A stretch of DNA of 64,000 nt from the human T2T-CHM13v2.0 reference genome, Homo sapiens, in NCBI RefSeq assembly GCF_009914755.1, contig NC_060943.1, one strand, 5' to 3'. The stretch's first letter is position 1, and every line of letters starts with the position of its first letter. This document shows positions 49,739-64,000 of the stretch, piece by piece. The position numbers were made by a program, and so were the translations under genes. Under the pieces are notes generated by a model. It did no database searches, was not told the DNA's origin, and saw only the letters and a list, made by a program, of their open reading frames with translations.

Positions 49739-50099
49739 TTGGAGGGAACTCCAGCCCAGGTGCCACTGGGCATCTATCCACAGAGCACATAGCTGTACCC
49801 GTAGATGACTCCCCCTCCCCAGGTCAGCCTGCGATGTTTCCCCTTAGTCCTCATGCGTACTGAGCATCACATGGGCTGCTTGGGAGAGGTGGAGATAAGG
49901 GAGGGGGGCTGGTTCAGAACCCAGGTCTCCATTCAGATCCTGGCTGGCCAACACCCTGGGGCAGAGTGGCCACACCCCTGGTGCCACAGTCTCCTGTCTT
50001 GGCCTCCCTGTGGCCAAAATCTACCCTTGGCCACCTCAAGCATGGTAGTGAGGAGTCAGTGAGCTATAGTACAGCAGGAGCACCCAGGGCCTGGCATGA

Positions 50100-50649
<550 letters not shown>

Positions 50650-50765
50650 TGAGACCCAGTTTCCACGTCTGTGAAATGGGGGAATACCCACAGTGAGAAT
50701 TAGATGAGATAGATGCATTTGAAACCACAAATCGGGGTGCCCACCTGTGGTGGGTAGTTAGGTAG

Positions 50766-51275
<510 letters not shown>

Positions 51276-52095
51276 TGAGAAACGAAAGGATGGCTGTGAG
51301 CTGTGACCTCAGCTGGGCCTGGGCTGCAGAGGTGGCTTCCGCTGGAGTAAAGCAAGAGGGCCCAGGGTTCATGCTCTTCCCTGGAAGGTAGAAAAGGACA
51401 GACCACCAGGGAGCCTCCACCGCAAACTGACCTGTGCTGCCTACACACTAACTTTCCTGGGCCTGGGGCCTGCACAGGCTGAATGGTCCTTGAGCCTTCA
51501 CTCTGCATCTGAGCGGTCTTGGGCCCGCTGAGTGGCAGTGGCAGGAAGTCGGTGGAAGCAGATCCCTGTGCAGAAGTTGAATTACCAGGGCGGCCACACA
51601 CGGGCTGCACAACCTTTGCAGTCGTGCACGGCAAGTGGGATGTGGCCTCCGCCCATGATTGGGCACCTGGTCAGGCTGGGAGATCCAAATAGCACCCAGT
51701 GGGCAGCTGTCCGACCCCTGGAGGGGCAAGCCAGGAAAGAAACTTAGGGCCCGCTGTGACCAGATGTCCCTCCCAGTTGGGAAGACTAAACTGGTTTGGC
51801 CAATATCTCCCAGGATTCCCCTGTCCAAATTATTCCTGGGATCTGACCCATTTCCTGGAAAGGGGCGAGCCTGGGTTTTGAAGTTCAAACTAGAGTTTAA
51901 ATCACAACTCTGCCCCTAATCCCACGTAACCCTGTGCACCTTATCCTCTGAGCCTTCGTCTCCTCGTGTGTAAGCCTGCTAACTCCTGAGAGACTGGACA
52001 AGATGCCGTGGAGAGCCTTGGCTCTGAGTAGCTCTGCTGCTGGACAGTTCAGTTGGCAGTCCCCAAACGTAAGGCGTAAGAGTTTAAGAAGTATC

Positions 52096-56062
<3,967 letters not shown>

Positions 56063-56554
56063 TGTTTTTTTAAAAAAAGAATTCCAGTAAAGAGCTGATC
56101 ATGGTTCTCACTCCTTGAATACCAGGAACACCATCTCGTATCACATAATGAGACAGGGAGACATTCTGGTCCTCATCTCACAGATGAAAAATGTCAAGCT
56201 TCGAAGGATCAAAGTGCCCACCTAGTCACACGGGTAGTCAGCCACAGGTCAGCCTGCCTTATTTATTCTTCATGAGTATTTATAGTGACTAACATTTACT
56301 GGGCGCCTACTGTGGGCCATTTCTGTGCATGTGACAACCCCTTTAAGTCCTTGTTTCTAATCCCAAGAAGCAAGGAAATGGGGTCAGGGAAGGGACAAGG
56401 TTTGCCCAAGTCCAGGCAGGGGGAGAGGTCAAGCTCAGAACCATCACCTGCCCATGACACATGCCCAGGACTCAGGTTCCCTAGGCTTCCTTCCAAAGGC
56501 TCAGCAGTGACGAGCCAGCCCTTGAACCAGCCTCTTCCCCCACCCAAGCAGCCA

Positions 56555-56735
56555 CCTCTCAGGGGAATTGTGGCCACCACAGGTGCAGGGAGCAGTTTCT
56601 CTCCACTCACAGCCTGAAGCATACCCGGCAGGGGCTGTCCCCAGGCCCAACAAGCAAAGGGCCCAGTAGCGAGGGCCACTGGAGCCCATCTCCGGGGGGC
56701 TGGGCAGGAAGTAGGGTGGGGTTTGGGGTAGGGAT
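56555..56735 (+). promoter_or_regulatory. CD79A: CD79A (mb-1) B-cell promoter: EBF1, RUNX, E-box, PAX5/ETS, ETS and GT-box sites
   Basis: TCTCAGGGGA 56557-56566, TGTGGC 56569-56574, CAGGTG 56580-56585, AGGGCCACTGGAGCCCATCTCCG 56672-56694, CAGGAAGT 56705-56712, GGGTGGGG 56714; same order as the well-studied mouse mb-1 promoter; TATA-less. Confidence 0.8.
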
Positions 56736-56768
56736 CTGGTACCCTGGGACTGCTGCAACTCAAACTAA

Positions 56769-56978
<210 letters not shown>

Positions 56979-58471
56979 TAGGGGACCCAGGGAAGATGCC
57001 TATAGAAATCGTATCTGTGCCAAGATGGGCCAAGGTGGGGCTGGAGGGAGCCCAGCGAAGGAGAAGGGGCGTCCACAGTCTCACACAGGGAGGCAGGAGC
57101 AAGAGTCACCTCCCCCACCTCCTGTTCCCCACAGGCCAAAATAAGGAACTAAAGTTGCTCTTGACTGAGCACCAGGGCTGGGGGCAGGAAGGGGACTTAG
57201 GGGTAGCAGCATTCAGCGTCTGTCAAGGGGAGAAAAAGCTTTCTCTGCCTTAAACCTCAGGTGCCTCTCTCTGTTGGGAGTCCCTTCTCAGCACTGGGGG
57301 AATGGGTGTCTCATGGACTCCCCCTCACCTGCTCAAGGACAGCTGGCAGGGGCTGTGGCCACGCTAACCCAGGAGTTCAGAGAAAAAGGTTCCCCACCCA
57401 AGGGGACACTGGGAGCAAGGATTGGAGTTCACGTCTGAGTCTTAAGCCCGTGACGATGAGGGTGCTCGGCCCCTCTCCCCATCTCTTCCTCCTTCTCTCT
57501 TCCTCACCTCCCTCCTCCACCTACCTCCAGAAGAGGGGACTGGCCATGTGGGAGGCCTGGCTGAGAGCTGGGGCTTCCCAGAGGAGCCCGGATTGGACAC
57601 TGCAGCCAGCCTGAGCCGCCTCGTCTCACTCAGAGACACCCCCAGTCTCCACCCCGCTCTGAGCCCCTTCAATCACCAGCAGCCCAGCCCAAGGACTGAA
57701 CTCACCCCTGACCCCTAGGTTGACACATACAACTTACAGAGAATGAGGGCCAGGCACAGGGTCACAGGCCAGGGCAGGCCACAGACTGGCTCCTCAGCCC
57801 AGGCAGGGAGAGGCCAGGGAGCCAAGAGTTTGAACCCAGTGCCACTCCTGACTGCCTGGTGATGCTGGCAACCCGCCTGCCCTCCCAGAGCCTCAGCCAT
57901 CCCTCCTGTAAAATGGGGCTAAGGAGAGAACCTACTTCTAGGGTTCTGTGAATGATTACACAAGAAAAAGCGCCAGGTGCTGGGCCTGGCTGAGGCTGGG
58001 GTGCAAAAATGGACCGGGAAGGCTGCGGGAGGAGGGGACGCCTGCACTGCTTCTGGAAGGAGCTGTCTGGACAGCGGTCCTCCAGTGCCTGGAACAAACA
58101 TCCAAAATCCAGAGAGTTCACAGGGCCAGAGTACAAAGTGGGTATGCGGGAGGGGGACAAGAGATGGCGCTGCAGAGGTGAGAAGGGCCTCCCAGGGGTC
58201 TTACCATCCCAGGGAGTCTCATTCTCCTCTCCCAGGATATCCTCACCCACCCCAACCAGGTATGTCCTCTCTCCTTCCCAGGGGCTTCTTCACTTTCCCG
58301 CATCCCCCCTCTCCCCAGGATGTATCAGCCCCTGTCAGGGGCTCTCTCTCTCCCTCCCCACCCAGGAGAGTCCTCACCCTCTTCCCAGGAGTGCTGGAAC
58401 TGCAGGGGCCAGGGCTGGGGAAATGTGTCACCATCCCCAGTCCCTGACCCACCCACCCTGTCTCTCCACAG

Positions 58472-58771
58472 GCCCTGGGTGCCAGGCCCTGTGGATGCAC
58501 AAGGTCCCAGCATCATTGATGGTGAGCCTGGGGGAAGACGCCCACTTCCAATGCCCGCACAATAGCAGCAACAACGCCAACGTCACCTGGTGGCGCGTCC
58601 TCCATGGCAACTACACGTGGCCCCCTGAGTTCTTGGGCCCGGGCGAGGACCCCAATGGTACGCTGATCATCCAGAATGTGAACAAGAGCCATGGGGGCAT
58701 ATACGTGTGCCGGGTCCAGGAGGGCAACGAGTCATACCAGCAGTCCTGCGGCACCTACCTCCGCGTGCGCC
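58472..58771 (+). CDS. CD79A: CD79A exon 2 (Ig domain)
   Basis: [29 protein letters not shown]...[25 protein letters not shown]. Confidence 0.98.
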
Positions 58772-59016
58772 GTGAGTGGCCCAGCCCTGGCCCCTACTCC
58801 CACTGTCCCGCTGGGGACACTCGGTTTATCTTTGAAGTGGGGATAGAGCCAGTACCTTCAATGTGGGTTTCAAACCGGCTTGGACAGAGGGACGGACATT
58901 CTCCTCTGCAGAGTGGGGTCTCTGGGGGGTCTGGGGCCTTGCAGGAGGTGGGCGGGGCCAGGAGGCTAGGGAGGGCAAGAGGGGCCAGGGCTCTGAGCCA
59001 TACTACCTCCTTGCAG

Positions 59017-59135
59017 AGCCGCCCCCCAGGCCCTTCCTGGACATGGGGGAGGGCACCAAGAACCGAATCATCACAGCCGAGGGGATCATCCTCCTGTTCT
59101 GCGCGGTGGTGCCTGGGACGCTGCTGCTGTTCAGG
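59017..59135 (+). CDS. CD79A: CD79A exon 3 (transmembrane)
   Basis: [39 protein letters not shown]. Confidence 0.98.
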
Positions 59136-59608
59136 GTGAGCCCCCTCGGACCTCTGAGTCAGCCGGGCGAGGGCCTGGGCCGAGGGACCCCCAATACCCA
59201 GGTAGCCCTCTAGAGCCTGAGGTTCCCCATCCAAAACTTGGGAGAATGAAAGCACCCACCATATAGGGGCTGTGGGAGTTAAATGAATGAATATAAAGAA
59301 GGGACTTGAACTGGCGCTGAGCCCAGGGGGTGTCTTCAATTTAGTTTCCCCTTCTGGGCTGTCCTCACGTCCACCTCCCCCCAAGAAGAGTCTCATTCTT
59401 CTCCCTAAGAGTGTCCTCACTCCCCTCCTGCCCTCACCCAGGAGTGTGGTTACCCTCCAGGTGTAGCCAAGACCAGGGAAGGTGGGGCCTGGTCCTCCCA
59501 GAATCTCTGATCTGTACCAGCCTCTCCTTAGGCACTACAGAAAGTGTGACTGTTATTGTTATTATTCATGGAGAATAGTAAGGGAGTGGAGACTCAAGAA
59601 GACGCTAG

Positions 59609-59845
59609 CTTGGGAGGCCGAGGCAAGAGGATCACTTGAGGCCACAAGTTTGAGACCAGCCTGGGCAACACAGCAAGACCCTATCTCTACACACACAAAG
59701 TCTTAAAAAAAAATTAGCCAGGCATGGTGGCACACACCTATAGTCCCAGCTACTCAGGAGGCTGAGGTGGGAGGATTGCTTGAGCCCAGGAGTTCAAGGC
59801 TGCAGTGAAATATGATGTTGCCACAGCACTTCAGCCTGGGCAACT
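59609..59845 (+). mobile_element. Alu (AluJ-like, 5' truncated)
   Basis: Diverged Alu whose tail is the purine repeat. Confidence 0.85.
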
Positions 59846-59857
59846 GAGGGAGAAGAA

Positions 59858-59905
<48 letters not shown>

Positions 59906-59996
59906 CGAGAGGGAGGGAGGGAAGGAAGGGAAGGGAAGGGAAGGAAGGAAGGAAGGAAGGAAGGAAGGAAGGAAGGAAGGAAGGAAGGAAGGAGAA
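59846..59996 (+). repeat. Polypurine (GA)n/(GGAA)n microsatellite
   Basis: 151 bp with one pyrimidine (59906); 13 uninterrupted GGAA units at 59939-59990. Confidence 0.95.
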
Positions 59997-60102
59997 CACT
60001 GGTTGTAGACTCAGAGAGAACTGTTACATAACCAGTATGTGGCCTTGGGGACATCTCTTACCCTTTCTGGAAAAGTACTTCCTGGCATCCAGGAGGGTCT
60101 GA

Positions 60103-60467
<365 letters not shown>

Positions 60468-60838
60468 CACCCCTACTCCTGCCAGGCTGCCCCCGCCTGC
60501 TGTGCACCCAGCTCCAGTGTCTCAGCTCACTTCCCTGGGACATTCTCCTTTCAGCCCTTCTGGGGGCTTCCTTAGTCATATTCCCCCAGTGGGGGGTGGG
60601 AGGGTAACCTCACTCTTCTCCAGGCCAGGCCTCCTTGGACTCCCCTGGGGGTGTCCCACTCTTCTTCCCTCTAAACTGCCCCACCTCCTAACCTAATCCC
60701 CCCGCCCCGCTGCCTTTCCCAGGCTCCCCTCACCCCAGCGGGTAATGAGCCCTTAATCGCTGCCTCTAGGGGAGCTGATTGTAGCAGCCTCGTTAGTGTC
60801 ACCCCCTCCTCCCTGATCTGTCAGGGCCACTTAGTGAT

Positions 60839-60844
60839 AATAAA
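60839..60844 (+). terminator. CD79A: CD79A poly(A) signal AATAAA
   Basis: First AATAAA I see after the stop codon. Confidence 0.85.
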
Positions 60845-61089
60845 TTCTTCCCAACTGCAGACCTTGGCAGGAGTCGTGGATCTTACGGAAACCGCCTCTC
60901 CCACATGTCCCTCAGACCCAGGAGTCCCAGCCCAAGCCACTCCCTGCCCACTCCCCACACCTGGGACCAGGTAGCCAGTCTGGGCTGCCCTCCTGGGAGA
61001 ACAAGATGTCTCTTGGGAAGGTCCCCAGACCAACTGAAGGACTGGTTTGGCCCTCTTTGCAGGGCCTCACCCTAGGGTCATATCCTTAA

Positions 61090-61712
<623 letters not shown>

Positions 61713-62669
61713 ACTTTATGCGTATTTAAGCCTTGGAAACACAGGGACTATCTTGTGGATTGGGGCTAGTACAGAATTCAGACTGCAGCCTTTTCCCGAT
61801 GCGTTGACTTACAGAAGGGGCATTTTGGAGGGTCTGTGGTCCTAACCTGGGGATAGCAGGGAGATCCCGGGGCAATGACAGAGAGGCACAGAGACACGGA
61901 TTTCCTGAGAAAGGGAGAGGAGAGAGGCTGAGACCCAGGGATCATGAAGGGGACGAGCAAGGGAAGGAAGAGATGATGAGACCCTGGGAATCCGGGAGAG
62001 AGACAGGGACGTGGAGAGAAAGGGACAGAGAGAGAGCGAGAAGGAAAGGAAGAGACAGAAGGGAGAAGGGGCAACCGAAAATGGGCACGAAGAGGCCCAG
62101 GCACAGCAACAGCTGGGGAAATGACAGAGACTGAGACGGAGATGCAGAAAGATACAGAGAGAGCTGGAGAGGGTAGAGAAGGGCTTTCGGGGAGAAAGTG
62201 ATGGAGGGACAGAGAGGAGAGGTGGAGGCCAAGGAGGGAAAGACCCCAGTAGAGAAAGACAGAGGGACAGAGAAGGGGATGCAGACGCAGGCGGGAGCAC
62301 ACCCACAGAGGCGAAGGAAGGGCGCAAGACCATGAGAACCACAGACGCGGAAAGCCGGGGAGGTCGTGGCTCGGTCTAGGGCGCACGGGGAGCAGGGCTT
62401 GCCCCCCAGCACCTCCGGGGAGGTGACCCCAGCCGGGAGATGCGAGTCCCGCGGAGCCCGCGCCCGGCGGACGGACCGATGGACAAAGCCGGGGAGAGCT
62501 CGGGCGCGGCCGGGGCGGGGGCCGGTGCCCGCAGGGACCCGGGCGCAGCGGGGAAAGGAGGGGCGGGCAAGCGGCGAGAAGGGGAAGGAAGCGGAGGTGC
62601 CGGGCGGGCGCGGGGCGCGGGCAGGAAGCGGGGAGGGGCGGCGGGGCGGGGGCCTCCGGAAAAACGCCC

Positions 62670-62776
62670 CGACTTCCTGCCCCGCCAGAGCCAGGAAGCG
62701 GGAGCCGGGACCCAGGGCCCGGGATCGCCGAGCCCGACCTCGGGCGCCCCGCCGGTCACCTCCGCGCGGACACCAG
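62670..62776 (+). other. ARHGEF1: ARHGEF1 non-coding first exon (start approximate)
   Basis: Ends GGACACCAG|gtactc, downstream of the GC-box cluster. Confidence 0.6.
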
Positions 62777-63954
62777 GTACTCGGTCCCCGGCCCCGCCCG
62801 GCCTCCTCCCCTCGGCTGTTGGGGGAAGTGGGGAGGAGGAGGGAGGGGCTGGGGCGCTGCCGGCAGCGGAGGGGCCCCCTTCGGACCCCACGGAACCAGC
62901 GGCCGCCCCTCCTTGGGCCTCAGTTTTCCCATCTGTCAAAGGGAGCAAAGAGGGGAGAACTCACACTTGACGAGTGCCCCATAGGTGGGGACGAACGGTG
63001 CGAGGCCGGGGCCAAGGCCTCCCACCTGCTCAGTGGAGAACGGACGATCACTACCATTGTACGGGTGGGGAAACCGAGGCCCGGGGAGCCAAACCGACTC
63101 GTCCCAGGGAACGCACATCGTGAGAAAGTGTGGAGTTGGGATTTGAACTCGCACGTGCTTTCCGCAAAGCGCCATCCTCCAACCCCCGCATGCTTTAGGG
63201 CCACCTAAAAATGAAAAACAACGATAACAACAACGACGAGGGTCGCTGTGAAGCTGAAAGTTGCAGAGTGCATTTGAAAGAGTTTTCGGAAAGCTCTTTT
63301 CTAGGTCATTAATTATACCGTGAGAGACAGGTGTAGGGAGAGAGCTGGAGGCCTTCTCCCATTGTACGGATGGGAAGACTGAGGTCTACAGAGAAGTCAT
63401 TACTTTTTGCAGATTACACTGCATGTCAGAGGGAAAGTTGTGCTGGAACTCAAGACTATTGCTTTTCCGGTTCCAAAGGAAGGGGCTGGGGGTGGGAGAC
63501 GGAGGGGATTGATGTACGAGGATTGGAAATTCAGCGGGTCCCCTAAGTGGGGAGACTAATAGGACGGGGAGCCCCAGTCCGCCGTCCGAGTGCTCAGCGC
63601 TGGGGTGACTAGGAGATCTCCGATCGAACTCGGGAGGAGTTGGACCCATCTGCACCTCCGGGCGCGGGGCGGGGCCCGGGGAGTGACGGGGGCAGTCGAG
63701 ATACGGAAACGCTGGCCCTCCAAGACAGGCCAGAGCGGCCCTATCTGGCCTGCGTGGCGCAGTACAGCGCTAGAGCGGCCGGCGGGAGGAGTAGAGTCGT
63801 CGGGGCCGGAGCCCGGCAGGAGCCGGGCTAGAGCGGCTGGCAGGAGGAGTGGAGCTGGGCGCAAAGGTGGACTCAGGGCGGCTAGAGCGACGCGGCGGCA
63901 GGGGTGGGGAGAGTGCGGAGCCCGAGCGCGGAGGCTTCGGTTCCGGTGGCGGCG

Positions 63955-63980
63955 ATGGCTTCTCTTTCCACCTGGAGCAG
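63955..63980 (+). CDS. ARHGEF1: Rho guanine nucleotide exchange factor 1 (p115RhoGEF), alternative first coding exon; gene continues beyond the window
   Basis: GCGATGG Kozak context; MASLSTWS(S) AG|gtgagg matches the recalled N terminus of the long ARHGEF1 isoform. Confidence 0.85.
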
Positions 63981-64000
63981 GTGAGGGACGCGGTCCCCAG

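Larger units (their letters stand above)
62330..64000 (+). promoter_or_regulatory. ARHGEF1: ARHGEF1 CpG-island promoter(s)
   Basis: Very GC/CpG-rich, multiple GGGGCGGGG boxes and ETS motifs (ACTTCCTG 62672, CAGGAAG). Confidence 0.8.

Noticed and set aside
58009-59139. 376-aa ORF spanning CD79A exon 2
   Set aside because: Only 58472-58771 is real coding sequence; the flanks are intron read-through and exon 3 is read out of frame
61778-63208. Long ORFs (156-280 aa) on both strands upstream of ARHGEF1
   Set aside because: Low-complexity GA/CT tract and CpG island lacking stops; no domain similarity

Overview
Human (primate) genomic DNA from chr19q13.2, recognised from the gene order and protein sequences: HNRNPA1 processed pseudogene, LYPD4 (-), DMRTC2 (+), RPS19 (+, hosting the mirtron MIR6797), CD79A (+), and the 5' end of ARHGEF1 (+). 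All coding exons of LYPD4 (246 aa), DMRTC2 (367 aa), RPS19 (145 aa) and CD79A (226 aa) were reconstructed by hand with GT-AG boundaries and intact frames. The rest is very Alu-dense, with nested old L1s in the first 15 kb. Most ORFs in the supplied track are Alu, L1 or CpG-island artefacts. There is no CRISPR array or other prokaryotic feature, and I found no novel protein-coding system. The least explained structure is a ~480-bp inverted duplication (35363-35842 / 36558-37037), about 3-4 kb upstream of RPS19. Its second copy sits inside an Alu, flanked by a 19-bp direct repeat and a fold-back hairpin, which suggests a templated insertion. Other leads: a 151-bp polypurine/(GGAA)13 tract in CD79A intron 3, an in-frame stop-free intron in DMRTC2, a (GTTT)6 DAZL-like element in the DMRTC2 3'UTR, and an Alu inserted into the RPS19 poly(A) downstream element. 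Repeat subfamily calls and repeat boundaries are by eye and approximate.
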